A stretch of DNA of 64,000 nt from an uncultured bacterium (lineage in GTDB: Bacteria; Actinomycetota; Acidimicrobiia; Spongiisociales; UBA5794): NCBI GenBank assembly GCA_963801165.1, contig CAWDDT010000004.1:416001-480000 (forward strand). Reading direction: 5' to 3'. The first letter of the stretch is position 1. Each line of letters opens with the position of its first letter. The notes beneath the pieces are model-generated. The model made no database searches. It was given only the letters and a program-made list of their open reading frames with translations, and was not told the origin of the DNA. This document shows positions 1 to 9,287 of this stretch, one piece after another. Made by a program: the position numbers and the translations under genes.

Positions 1-793
1 CGTCGATGACTCCAGCATCGGTGATGGTGACAGCACCAAACGCTCCGGGGTCTGCCCCGGTCGAAGTCCACCCGTTGATCGGTTCCGCCGGGAGAGTTGT
101 CGTTGTTGTCGAGCCGGTCGACGGTGTTGGCGATTCGGCGAGGACTTCGCCGTCTCCGTTGAGGGCGGCGACGCTGGTGGGGAGGATGTCACCCGCCCAG
201 CAGTATTCGAAGAACTGCGCCGGGATTGCCTGTCCGTCGTAAATCGCCGTGTACACCAGGTCCCCGTCGGGGAACGTCACCACGACATCAGACACGCTGT
301 AATGGATCGCCCCGAAGACGCAGGACAGTGGCGGTTCAGCAAGATGGTCGGTTGTCATGAACGGTCCAGAGAGGGGAGCGTCGGTGCTCGGCTCCAGGCC
401 GCAGAGGGTGCCGTCCAACTCCATACAGATGGATCCGTTCTCATCGAAGTACGCGGTCAACAACCAGGACTCATCGGCACCGTCGTAAGATCCGTCGGCG
501 ATGACAAAGGTCGGTCCCCGGGTAACGGGCTCCTCGTCGACCTCGGCAGCGGATGTCGTGCTCGTTGTTGTCGATTCGGGAGGCGCGGTGGTGATGACGG
601 TGGGCGCTACCGGAGTAGGACCATCGGTGCGGGTTAGCCACAGCGCAGCACCACCCACGGTGATGGTCACCACCGCAGCGATCGCCAGCACCTTCAACCT
701 TCCCATCGTATGGGGAGGCTGCGGCACCGGGACCTGCTCGAGTTCAGAGTTGAGACGTGCTCCTGCCCGGCGTAGTTCATCGTCGAGACTCAT
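1..793 (-). CDS. Membrane-anchored putative anti-sigma factor, partial (runs off left edge; not in ORF track)
   Basis: Read by hand: MSLDDELRRAGARLNSELEQVPVPQPPHTMGRLKVLAIAAVVTITVGGAALW, then a Thr/Pro linker and an extracytoplasmic domain. ATGA overlap with the ECF sigma stop; N-terminus homologous to 56082..56882. Confidence 0.75.
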   Translation of the reverse strand, partial: MSLDDELRRAGARLNSELEQVPVPQPPHTMGRLKVLAIAAVVTITVGGAALWLTRTDGPTPVAPTVITTAPPESTTTSTTSAAEVDEEPVTRGPTFVIADGSYDGADESWLLTAYFDENGSICMELDGTLCGLEPSTDAPLSGPFMTTDHLAEPPLSCVFGAIHYSVSDVVVTFPDGDLVYTAIYDGQAIPAQFFEYCWAGDILPTSVAALNGDGEVLAESPTPSTGSTTTTTLPAEPINGWTSTGADPGAFGAVTITDAGVID

Positions 794-1338
794 GCCCGGT
801 CACCTCCCATCTCGAGACGTTTCGCCAGCGTCTGCTTGGCCCTACTCAGGTGGGTCTTGACCGTTTCCTCCGAACACCCCATTACCTCGGCTACCTCACG
901 ACGAGACAACCCATTCAGATATACCAACGCCACCGTCTGGGCCTGCCGGCGAGGCAGCCGGCGCACCTCCCGCCACAAATCAAGATCAGCCTCCACATCC
1001 AACCCCGGATAGTCACCCGGTGGCGACCCGAGTCGCATCAATGCTCTCGCCTGAGCCGCAGTCCGACGGAACCACGAAACCGAGCTGTTCGCCACGACGG
1101 TTCGCACCCACGCCCCCGGATTGTCCATTCCGCTCACCCGGTCCCATTGGTAAAGCGTGGTCAGGAATGCCTCTTGCACCAGCTCCTCAGCCACGGACCG
1201 GTTTCCCGATAGGACAATGGCCAGCCCCAGCACCTGGCGGTACTGGCGGCGATAGAACACCTCAAAGGTCTCCCTGGCCCTAACAACCGGCAGGTCATCC
1301 ACCAGACTCAACTCACCCCATGTCTGAATCGTTGCCAC
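790..1338 (-). CDS. ECF RNA polymerase sigma factor
   Basis: Region 2 (AEELVQEAF...AWVRTVVAN) and region 4 HTH (LPRRQ...GLSRREVAEVMGCSEETVKTHLSRA). Confidence 0.93.
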   Translation of the reverse strand: MATIQTWGELSLVDDLPVVRARETFEVFYRRQYRQVLGLAIVLSGNRSVAEELVQEAFLTTLYQWDRVSGMDNPGAWVRTVVANSSVSWFRRTAAQARALMRLGSPPGDYPGLDVEADLDLWREVRRLPRRQAQTVALVYLNGLSRREVAEVMGCSEETVKTHLSRAKQTLAKRLEMGGDRA

Positions 1339-1376
1339 ACCCAGTAAAACGCATCAGACCCACATTATGGGGGACA
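1339..1376 (-). promoter_or_regulatory. Putative autoregulatory ECF promoter
   Basis: TGTCCCCC-N16-GCGTTTTA-N6-GTG; same motif and spacing upstream of the paralog (57427..57464). Confidence 0.6.
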
Positions 1377-1655
1377 GCAACCCAATAAGGTCTAGAAAAG
1401 CTCTGCCGTCGCCCCCAACCAACGATCAACAGATCCCGCTCGACAAGCACTTCGCCGGGGCCGGGCTTCTTCATGGACGGATGTGCACAAGAGATTTCGA
1501 TCGGTTCATCAACGGCCGCAATGGTGCGTTGGCCCGCATTTGGTCCGCGAGAGGATGGAGAACGGTCACAAATGATGACAAATGCCGGAGGCTGAAAACG
1601 TCTACGACACAGAGCATTTCAGCGAATCGCCAGTGTCGCCGTTTACCCTCCGCAT

Positions 1656-1701
1656 TGATTTGTAATCAGCAGGTCATGGGTTCGAATCCCTTCGCCAGCT
1701 C
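1656..1701 (+). mobile_element. tRNA-Thr(UGU) 3' fragment, att junction of an element extending left
   Basis: TGATTTGTAATCAG anticodon arm, GGGTTCGAATCCC T arm and CGCCAGCT acceptor strand; no 5' strand or D arm upstream. Confidence 0.8.
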
Positions 1702-1705
1702 AGTG

Positions 1706-1731
1706 GAATCCCCCGTTTTGACGGGGGATTC
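1706..1731 (+). terminator. Hairpin after the tRNA fragment
   Basis: GAATCCCCCGT-TTTG-ACGGGGGATTC, 11-bp stem. Confidence 0.65.
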
Positions 1732-2430
1732 TGTCTATGGGCCGTCGAGGCCGGCACACGGCACGGTGTCGCCGTACCAACTACCCGTCGAGCTGCCGAC
1801 CGCATGGTCGGCAGCCTTTGGACCCGACGAGAAACTCGCACTTGGCCTCTCGACGAACGACGTGGCCCTGATCTCCGGGTCCGACCTGATGATCCTCGAC
1901 GGGCTTCCGGTTGACGGATCACCCATCGACATTGCCTGGACCGATGAGGGCGCTGGGCTGCTCGTGAACGTGTCGGCCGCGACCGTCAACGACTCCGGAA
2001 TATACGGCTGCGACATATCAATGCTGACACCCTGCCAGAAGGTCGTGGACTGGTCCCCCGATGTCCGGCTCGCCCACAACTGAGTCGTGATGTGGCCTAT
2101 GCCGCTCAACAGCGAGGGCCGCAAGGAAGGGACGGGCCCGGTGGGGTCGACTCCCACCCAGTCGACTCGCGTTCCGCTAGTCGACTCCGGCACGCAGGCC
2201 AAGACCAACGGTGCAGATACGGGCCAACGTCTTGAGAAGCTCAGCCGTCGAGAACCGGCGACGGTGTCCTTGGCGGCCCGACCTCCAACGAGGGACACCA
2301 ACGAACGGGGAGGCCCCGCCCGCTCATGGCATCACTTCTCTGCTCGGCTTGTCGGATACAGACTGTGGTGGAGAGGGAGGCTGGCTGCCGGCAAAGACTC
2401 TGGACGTCTTTGCGTATCGCTGTGGCGAGA

Positions 2431-2694
2431 TCATCTTGGTCGGTAGACGTCACGGCGGTGCTGGATCCTGTGGATTAGGACGGTGTCGTCGTTCTCGAAG
2501 ATCTCGTAGATGATGCGGTAGTCACCGCGCCGTGCGGAGTGGAGTCCTTCGAGTTCGCCGAGTAGTGGCTTCCCGAGCCGCTGGGGATTCTCAGCGATAG
2601 GTCCGAAGATTGCCGCTAGGGCAGCGTTGCGGACTTTCTCGGGGAGCTGGTTGAGGTGGCGCAGACCCTCAGGTGTGATCTCGACTTCGTACAC
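2431..2694 (-). CDS. relE: RelE/ParE family toxin
   Basis: GKPLLGELEGLHSARRGDYRIIY...HRRDVYR; directly downstream of the antitoxin. Confidence 0.9.
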   Translation of the reverse strand: MYEVEITPEGLRHLNQLPEKVRNAALAAIFGPIAENPQRLGKPLLGELEGLHSARRGDYRIIYEIFENDDTVLIHRIQHRRDVYRPR

Positions 2695-2703
2695 GAAGTC
2701 ACC

Positions 2704-2958
2704 TCAGATGTGATCTGATAGGCGGAGTCGCTTGCCTTTGGCGGCTTCTCGTCTTGACCGTCGCAACGACTTCATCAGTTCGTCGTCTCTGAGGATGTCG
2801 AGTGACTCCTCGAGGGATTCGAGATCGTCGAGGCTCATGAGCACAAATGAGGGTCGGCCGTTGCGGGTCACCAAGATTCGGTCGTGTTCGACTTCGACCC
2901 GGTCGGCCAACTCAGAGAGATGTGCCTTGACTTCTGAGAAGGGGAGGGTGTCGCTCAT
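2704..2958 (-). CDS. Phd/YefM family antitoxin
   Basis: SEVKAHLSELADRV...ILVTRNGRP...LESLEESLDIL. Confidence 0.9.
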   Translation of the reverse strand: MSDTLPFSEVKAHLSELADRVEVEHDRILVTRNGRPSFVLMSLDDLESLEESLDILRDDELMKSLRRSRREAAKGKRLRLSDHI

Positions 2959-2968
2959 GCCCACCAGT

Positions 2969-2990
2969 ATAGGTCGGAATATTGACCTAT
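2969..2990. promoter_or_regulatory. Inverted-repeat operator of the phd/relE operon
   Basis: ATAGGTC-N8-GACCTAT immediately upstream of the antitoxin start. Confidence 0.55.
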
Positions 2991-3145
2991 CAAAAGCCTC
3001 GTTCGGTATCAGCCAAGCAGCGCATATTTACGAGTCTCGAGCAAGCACGAGCACGACACCTAACCACGCAAAGCGGCACGTCGAGGAGCGGGTCGTCAGA
3101 CACGCAGCGTAGTCCGGTCAAGTATGCCGGCGTGCAGAGGGGTGG

Positions 3146-3490
3146 CTACAGCTGCCGCAGGCGTAGGCTGCGCACATGCTCGAAGTCGGATCTGTTTCGG
3201 GTAGCGAGGCCGAGCCCATGTTCAATGGCAGTTGCGGCGATGAGTGCGTCCGGAAGACGGATGCCGCGCTCACGACGAATGCGGCCGGCTCGTTCGGCCA
3301 CGGTGCGGTCCACCGGGAGCTCCCGAAACGGGGCAAGCAACATGCTGACCAGATTGGTGGCGGTATTGCCGGCGAAGAGCTCGGCCCGGGTGATGACTGA
3401 GTAGTGCAATCGGTGGCGACCGGGGGCAAGCTGCCGTGCTCCTCGAAGATGGTCGATGAAGATGTCGGTGTCGACGAGGATGTCAGCCAC
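3146..3490 (-). CDS. vapC: VapC PIN-domain toxin
   Basis: ILVDTDIFID...SVITRAEL...DALIAATA...TRNRSDF; GTG start overlaps the antitoxin end. Confidence 0.92.
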   Translation of the reverse strand: MADILVDTDIFIDHLRGARQLAPGRHRLHYSVITRAELFAGNTATNLVSMLLAPFRELPVDRTVAERAGRIRRERGIRLPDALIAATAIEHGLGLATRNRSDFEHVRSLRLRQL

Positions 3491-3704
3491 GATCCCATTC
3501 GTCCCGGCTAGGTGCCGTCGCTCCTGGTGCTGCTCCAAAGGTGGTCGCGAGCGCCGGTTCTGGATCGGGTGCTTCGTCCTCGAGATAGAAATCGAGGGCA
3601 CGGCGAATGATCTCCGCCATGGTTACGCCTTCGTCCTCGGCCAGGGCGTCGATGCGTTGGCGCTGCTCCTTAGTGAGGTATACCTGCGTGCGAATTGCGG
3701 ACAT
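3483..3704 (-). CDS. CopG/RHH antitoxin (VapB)
   Basis: RTQVYLT...MAEIIRRALD ribbon-helix-helix, upstream of the PIN toxin. Confidence 0.85.
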   Translation of the reverse strand: MSAIRTQVYLTKEQRQRIDALAEDEGVTMAEIIRRALDFYLEDEAPDPEPALATTFGAAPGATAPSRDEWDRG

Positions 3705-3857
3705 ACATCACAATATACAGCACCACTAGGCTCAGATCAACGGCCTCGGAGCAGAGACCAGCATGTTGTCGACCACGCAGAGCGGCACCGCGTAGCTCGG
3801 CCGGGTGGGGGTCTAGATCCCTCGATGCCGGTGGTGTCGGGTGAAAGGACCGTATCG

Positions 3858-4200
3858 ATGTCCTCTGATAGGAACCCTCCAGCGGAAAAGGACCGTGATG
3901 CTGGCTTGGCTGTGCCCGATGCTGACATGTCGGAGTGGGCTGAGGCTTTGGTGGCTCAGGCCCGCACCGACGGGATCGAGCTGACTGGTGAGGGCGGCTT
4001 GTTGACGGGTTTGATCCGGCAGGTCCTCCAGACAGGTCTTCGAGGTGGAGATGGCTGATCATCTCGGCTACGACCGCTATTCGCCGGAGGTAGGGGTTCG
4101 GGGAACTCCCGCAACGGCCATTCCCCACAGCGGGTGACGACCGATGTTGGTGAGGTCGAGTTGCTGGTCGCGAGGGATCGTGCCGGCTCGTTCGAGCTGA
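3858..4200 (+). pseudogene. IS256 family transposase, truncated and frameshifted
   Basis: GIELTGEGGLLTGL, EMADHLGYDR, GNSRNG, DVGEVELLVARDRAGSFE spread across frames; no DDE domain. Confidence 0.85.
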
Positions 4201-4279
4201 CGAATGGGGCGGCAAGTATCCAGCGATGATCCGCTCCTGGGAGAACAGCTGCACCGTAGTCGGCCGCTCAACCTTGGTT

Positions 4280-5860
4280 TTAGGCGGCTCCCGATTCGGC
4301 GGTCACCCCGGCCATGAGCAACCCGACCTGTTCCCGGGTCGTCGTCTTGGGGTCCACGATGCCCATCACCTGGCCCTCGTACATCACCGCGATCCGGTCG
4401 GAAACGCCGAATACCTCATCCAGGTCCTCGGAGATCATCAGCACCGCCGTCCTGGCGTCACGCTGCTCGATCAGCCGTTGGTGGATGTACTCGGAGGCGC
4501 CGATGTCGACACCGCGGGTGGGCTGGGCGGCCACCAGCGCCTTGGGAGTGCCGGACAACTCACGGGCGATGATCATCTTCTGAATGTTGCCGCCGGACAG
4601 GTTGCGGGCAGGCGTATCCAGGGTCGGGGTCTTGACCGCATACTCGCCGACCAGTTGCCGGCAATGGCTGGTGATCGCCCCGAAGTCGTAAAGACCCCGC
4701 TTGAGGAACTTCTTGTCGCTGTGCTCGGTCAGGAGCAGGTTCTCCGAGACGGTGAAGTTTGATATCGCCCCATCCTGCATCCGTTTCTCGGGGATGTAGG
4801 CGAGGCCGGTCGCTCGGACCTCAGCAGGCTTCATGCCCGTCACGTCCACCCCGTCAATCGTGATTGTCCCCGCGGTGGGGGTGCGCAAGCCGGCGATTGC
4901 CTCAGCGAGGAGCATTTGACCGTTGCCGGACACCCCGGCGATGCCGAGGATCTCGCCGGCATTCACATCGAGGTCGATGCCCTTTACCCCTTCCTGGCCC
5001 CGGTCCTGCAGCACCCGTAGCCCGCGAATCTCGAGGGTCGCGTTTCCAGGGTTGGCTGCCGCCTTGTCAGGGGCGAGCTTGACGGCTCGACCCACCATCA
5101 TCTGTGCGAGGCTCTCCCGGGTAGCGCCCGCGACGGGGACGTGTCCGGTCACCTTGCCCTGGCGGAGCACCGTGATGCGGGTGCTCAACGCCAGTACCTC
5201 GTGGAGCTTGTGTGAGATGAAGATCAGGCCGCGACCATCGTCGCATAGCTGGCGGAGCGTATCGAAGAGTTGATTTACTTCCTGCGGTGTGAGGACCGCA
5301 GTCGGCTCGTCGAGGATGAGCAAACGCGCATCGCGATATAGGGCCTTGATGATCTCGACCCGCTGCTGCTGACCCACCGCCAACTGCCACACGTATGCGC
5401 TGGGCTCAACCTTCAGCCCGTAGACCTTGCCGAGCTCCAGGATGCGGGCCGAGACCGCATCGAGGTCTGTGACCACCCCGCGGCTTGATCGCAGCCCGAG
5501 GGCGACATTCTCGGCAACGGTCAGGCTCGGCACCAGCATGAAGTGCTGGTGGATCATCCCGATGCCGTTGGCGATGGCATCCGTCGGGCTGGCGATATGA
5601 AGGGGGTTGCCATTGAGGAAGATCTCACCCTCATCGGGGTCGTACAACCCGTAAAGGATCTTCATCAGCGTGCTCTTGCCTGCTCCGTTCTCGCCGAGCA
5701 GGGTGTGTACCTCGCCGGGGAAGAGATCGAAGTCGATGTGGTCGCTGGCGAGAACACCCGGGAACCGCTTGGTGATCCCTCGCATGTCCAGCATCGGGGC
5801 TCCGGTCAATGTGATGCCTTTCGCTTGCTTTGGGTGGGGAGACCGCCAGCGTCTCCCCAC
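4280..5860 (-). CDS. Nucleoside/sugar-type ABC transporter ATP-binding protein (two NBDs; start uncertain)
   Basis: GENGAGKST, LILDEPTAVLTPQE, LSGGNIQK, AAQPTRGVDIGA. Confidence 0.93.
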   Translation of the reverse strand: MGRRWRSPHPKQAKGITLTGAPMLDMRGITKRFPGVLASDHIDFDLFPGEVHTLLGENGAGKSTLMKILYGLYDPDEGEIFLNGNPLHIASPTDAIANGIGMIHQHFMLVPSLTVAENVALGLRSSRGVVTDLDAVSARILELGKVYGLKVEPSAYVWQLAVGQQQRVEIIKALYRDARLLILDEPTAVLTPQEVNQLFDTLRQLCDDGRGLIFISHKLHEVLALSTRITVLRQGKVTGHVPVAGATRESLAQMMVGRAVKLAPDKAAANPGNATLEIRGLRVLQDRGQEGVKGIDLDVNAGEILGIAGVSGNGQMLLAEAIAGLRTPTAGTITIDGVDVTGMKPAEVRATGLAYIPEKRMQDGAISNFTVSENLLLTEHSDKKFLKRGLYDFGAITSHCRQLVGEYAVKTPTLDTPARNLSGGNIQKMIIARELSGTPKALVAAQPTRGVDIGASEYIHQRLIEQRDARTAVLMISEDLDEVFGVSDRIAVMYEGQVMGIVDPKTTTREQVGLLMAGVTAESGAA

Positions 5861-5878
5861 CCAGGATGATCACCGGAA

Positions 5879-6970
5879 TTAGGAGCCGGTGACGATCGAG
5901 CCGTCGATGATGCCGTTGATGGCGGCATCTGCCTTGGCCCTCACGTCAGCGGGAAGGTCGTAGCCGTCGTTGAACTCGATGACCTCGCCTCCGTTGGCGA
6001 GATTGATGCGGTAGATGTGGTTTGCGTCCGCCGCTTTGTTCTGGACCTGAGCGATGATGTCGCGCAGCACGACCTCCCAGTGATAGACCTGCGAAGCGAC
6101 GACGATGTCCGGAGCGAGCTGCGTTTGGTTGGCCTGAGTGCCGAACCAAAGGACGTTGCTCTCTTGGGCAACTCCGACTGCGCCAACCATGCTCTGGGAG
6201 CTTCCCGTCAGCACGTCGGCTCCGGCGCTGATGTCCGACTGGGCCGTTTCCGAGGCCAGAGCAACATCGCTGAATGAGCCCGTGTAGACGATCTTCACGT
6301 CGGCGTTCGGATTCTCGGCGAGCGCGCCCTTATCAAAGGCGTCGATATACAGCTTGGCGTCACCAACCTCCACCGGTCCGACCACTCCAATGACCCCGGA
6401 CTGGCTCAGGGCGGCAGCCATGACGCCCATCACATATCCGCCCTCGTCGGCCCGCGCCTCATAGGAGTAAACGTTGTCGAGGCCGAAGGTGTCGGTCGTG
6501 GTGCCCCACGCAAAGGTGACGTCCGGATAATCGGGGGCGATCTCCTGCAGCGATCCGCCGTACTGCGAGCCGTGGGCGATGACCAAGTCGTAGCCCTGGT
6601 CGGCGTAGTCGCGAAGCGCCGCGGCGGCATCATCGACCACAAACAGGTTGTCGCTGATCGCGATCTCGACGTTGCCCATCTCGCTCTTGATCACGTTCGC
6701 GGCGTCAACCATCGATTGGGTGAAGGCGAGATCGTTCTGGGCGGACGGCGCCACGATGGCGATTCGCAGCGGTGTCGTCGGCGCCGCGGTGGTTTCGGCC
6801 ATCGTGGTTGGCGTCTCTGCCGCCGTCGTTCCTGGCGCGGCGGTGGTTGCGGCCGCCGTTGTGGTTGTTGGCGCGGCAGTAGTGGTAGCAGCGGTGTCGT
6901 CACCGCCACAGCCGGCGACAGCCAGCGCAACCGCCACAAAAACGGTAAACAAAGCGTATCTGCTTCTCAT
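5879..6970 (-). CDS. BMP family ABC substrate-binding lipoprotein
   Basis: Lipobox VAGC, Thr-rich linker, YADQGYDLVIAHGSQY, YTGSFSDVA. Confidence 0.88.
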   Translation of the reverse strand: MRSRYALFTVFVAVALAVAGCGGDDTAATTTAAPTTTTAAATTAAPGTTAAETPTTMAETTAAPTTPLRIAIVAPSAQNDLAFTQSMVDAANVIKSEMGNVEIAISDNLFVVDDAAAALRDYADQGYDLVIAHGSQYGGSLQEIAPDYPDVTFAWGTTTDTFGLDNVYSYEARADEGGYVMGVMAAALSQSGVIGVVGPVEVGDAKLYIDAFDKGALAENPNADVKIVYTGSFSDVALASETAQSDISAGADVLTGSSQSMVGAVGVAQESNVLWFGTQANQTQLAPDIVVASQVYHWEVVLRDIIAQVQNKAADANHIYRINLANGGEVIEFNDGYDLPADVRAKADAAINGIIDGSIVTGS

Positions 6971-7023
6971 TGGTTTGTTCCTTCTCTCTGTCTTATCCGG
7001 GTCCGGCGAACCGGCCCGGGAAC

Positions 7024-7956
7024 TCATGTACCTCTCTCGAACGGTTTGGTCAGAGCCGTGGGTGCGCGGAATCGCTGGGCAACGACGACGAGGGCCAGGA
7101 TGGTGACCACCGCGGGAGCCATGGCCGCGATATCGGACCAGCTGCGCGGGATGACCCCGATCGTCTTCAGTTGCAGCACGATTGAGTTTACGAAGCCGTA
7201 GAGCAATGCGCCAGCCATCACGCCCAGCGGGCGCCAAGCGCCGAAGTAAACGAGGGCGATAGCGATGAACCCGGCAGCGTTTGTCAAGTTGCCCTGGAAG
7301 ATCTTGAGGTCGATCGCCAGCGCGGCACCAGCGATGCCGGCGAGCGTCCCGCCGATCATCACCGTTGCGTAGCGAATCCGGTTGACGTTGACCCCGAGGC
7401 TGTCCGCGGCCTCCGGGTTCTCACCGACGGCCCGGATCCTCATCCCAAATGTGGTCCAGTTGATGATGAAGATGCTGATCGGGACCGCGGCGAACGCGAG
7501 ATAGACGATGATGCTGTGCCGGAACAGCATCTCGCCGACGACCGGGATGTCGCTCAGGCCGGGAATGTCGAGCTTGGGGAAGCTCGCGATCGGAAGTGGG
7601 GAGCCGACCCATCGTTGGAAGAGCAGGTCGCTGAAACCCAGGCCGAACAGATAGACGCCGATACCGCTGATGCCCTGCTGGGCTTTGAGGGTCACCGACA
7701 TGATCGCGGTGAGGATCCCAAACAACAGACCGACCAGCAAGCCGACCAACAGTCCGATCCACACGTTGCCGGATTGCAGGACCGCGTAATAGCCACCGAA
7801 CGCACCGAGCAGCATTACCCCGTCGACTCCGAGGTTGAGGACACCGCTGCGCTGGCCGTACATCTCGCCGAGCGATGCGATCAGGAGCGGGACGGCGAGC
7901 CTGATTCCGGATGCGACCGTTGCGATGAGCACGGCCTGGGTAAAGAATTTACTCAT
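7024..7956 (-). CDS. ABC transporter permease (nucleoside type)
   Basis: RSGVLNLGVDG, RAVGENPEAADSLG, GFIAIALVYFG. Confidence 0.92.
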   Translation of the reverse strand: MSKFFTQAVLIATVASGIRLAVPLLIASLGEMYGQRSGVLNLGVDGVMLLGAFGGYYAVLQSGNVWIGLLVGLLVGLLFGILTAIMSVTLKAQQGISGIGVYLFGLGFSDLLFQRWVGSPLPIASFPKLDIPGLSDIPVVGEMLFRHSIIVYLAFAAVPISIFIINWTTFGMRIRAVGENPEAADSLGVNVNRIRYATVMIGGTLAGIAGAALAIDLKIFQGNLTNAAGFIAIALVYFGAWRPLGVMAGALLYGFVNSIVLQLKTIGVIPRSWSDIAAMAPAVVTILALVVVAQRFRAPTALTKPFERGT

Positions 7957-9128
7957 AGCGCTACCCCGGGCGGGTCGGGCGAGTCGAGTTCCGGTGGTCC
8001 GGCGGCCGCGGTGTCTGCCGAAGCCCCGGTGAGAGGAGTGGTGTCCTCGCCGACGACCGGCCGTCGCTCCAGTAGTCGCTGCCGGAAGCGCTCGGTCGAG
8101 ACCACGAAGATGACCACGATCCCGTTGAGCGCCAGGATCAAAGCAGAGGGGACCTGGACGGCGCGTTGCAGCGAATTGCCACCAACCAGCAGGCCACCGA
8201 ACAGGAAGGAGGCCGGGATCGTCCAAAGCGGATGGAGACCGCCGAAGAGGGCGGCGACGATCCCGTTGAAGCCGGCCGATCCGGTGAACCCTGCCGTCGA
8301 TCCGTCGGTGATCATACGGTGGCTCTCGCTGCCAAAGACGAGCACGGCGCCGGCGAGTCCCGCCATCGCGCCGCTCAGGGTGAGCGCAAGGACGATCGTT
8401 CGCTTCACCGGGATTCCGGCATAGCGCGAGGCGTCTGTGTTCTGACCGACGGCCCGCAGCCGGTAGCCGAGCGGGGTGCGCCACAGCAGGATGTAAGCGC
8501 CAATTGCCGCCACAACCGCCAGCAAGGGCCCGATATGGAACCGGCCCGATCCCAGGAGGAGGGGAAGGTCGGCGCTCTCAGTCAGCCGCTGGGTTTGTGG
8601 GATCAGGTTGGCTCCATTCGGGTCGATGAGCGGGCCGCGCAGCAGATAGTTCATCAACTGGACCGCGACCACGTTCAACATGATGGTGCTGAGGATCTCG
8701 TTGACCCCGTAGTACGCCTTGAGCGCTCCGGGGACCGCGCCCCAGATGGCGCCGCCGACGATACCCGCCGCGAGGACTAGCGGGAGCATGACGATGGCGG
8801 GCAGTGAGGGTGCGTTGAGGGCGACGATGGTTGACAGCAGCGCTCCGGCGACCATCTGACCCTCGCCGCCGATGTTGATCACGTTCGCCCGGAAGGCGAT
8901 CGTGATTCCGACGCCGACGAATAGCAGCGGGGTGGCCTTGAGGGCGGTCTCGGTGAGGGCCTTCCAGGAGCCGAATGCCCCGGAAAGCATCGCCCGCAAC
9001 CCTTCCAACGGGCTGGCGCTGAACGCGAGGAGCATGAGCGCTCCGAGCAGGAGGGCGGCAAGCACCGATCCGATCGAAACCGCGTATGCGATGATCCGGC
9101 GCTGGCGGATCCCACCGAGCGAAGTCAT
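7953..9128 (-). CDS. ABC transporter permease (nucleoside type)
   Basis: NIGGEGQ, NEILSTIMLN, GFNGIVAALFG. Confidence 0.92.
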   Translation of the reverse strand: MTSLGGIRQRRIIAYAVSIGSVLAALLLGALMLLAFSASPLEGLRAMLSGAFGSWKALTETALKATPLLFVGVGITIAFRANVINIGGEGQMVAGALLSTIVALNAPSLPAIVMLPLVLAAGIVGGAIWGAVPGALKAYYGVNEILSTIMLNVVAVQLMNYLLRGPLIDPNGANLIPQTQRLTESADLPLLLGSGRFHIGPLLAVVAAIGAYILLWRTPLGYRLRAVGQNTDASRYAGIPVKRTIVLALTLSGAMAGLAGAVLVFGSESHRMITDGSTAGFTGSAGFNGIVAALFGGLHPLWTIPASFLFGGLLVGGNSLQRAVQVPSALILALNGIVVIFVVSTERFRQRLLERRPVVGEDTTPLTGASADTAAAGPPELDSPDPPGVAL

Positions 9129-9287
9129 CCGCGGCGCTCCTTTCGAAGTTCGGCTATTCAACCACCGGGATCCGGGTCAGGCTGCTATTTGCTTTACGAA
9201 ATGTCAAGTCGAAGGCGATGCGTTTGCGGCGTCGTGGTCGCGATCGAGATCAATAGCTCCGGGCTCCTCGCTGATCAGGTGCGGCCA

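Noticed and set aside
1630-1701. Complete tRNA-Thr
   Set aside because: No 5' acceptor strand or D arm; it is a fragment.
1367-2083. 238-aa ORF
   Set aside because: It runs through the att site, tRNA fragment and hairpin. Only the last ~110 codons look protein-like and may be a gene remnant; I cannot assign them.
2140-2187. GTCGACTC three times and a T-arm-like hairpin GTGGG-GTCGACT-CCCAC
   Set aside because: Too short, irregularly spaced and GC-rich to separate from chance.
6770-6900. Repetitive Thr/Ala codons
   Set aside because: Ordinary lipoprotein linker.
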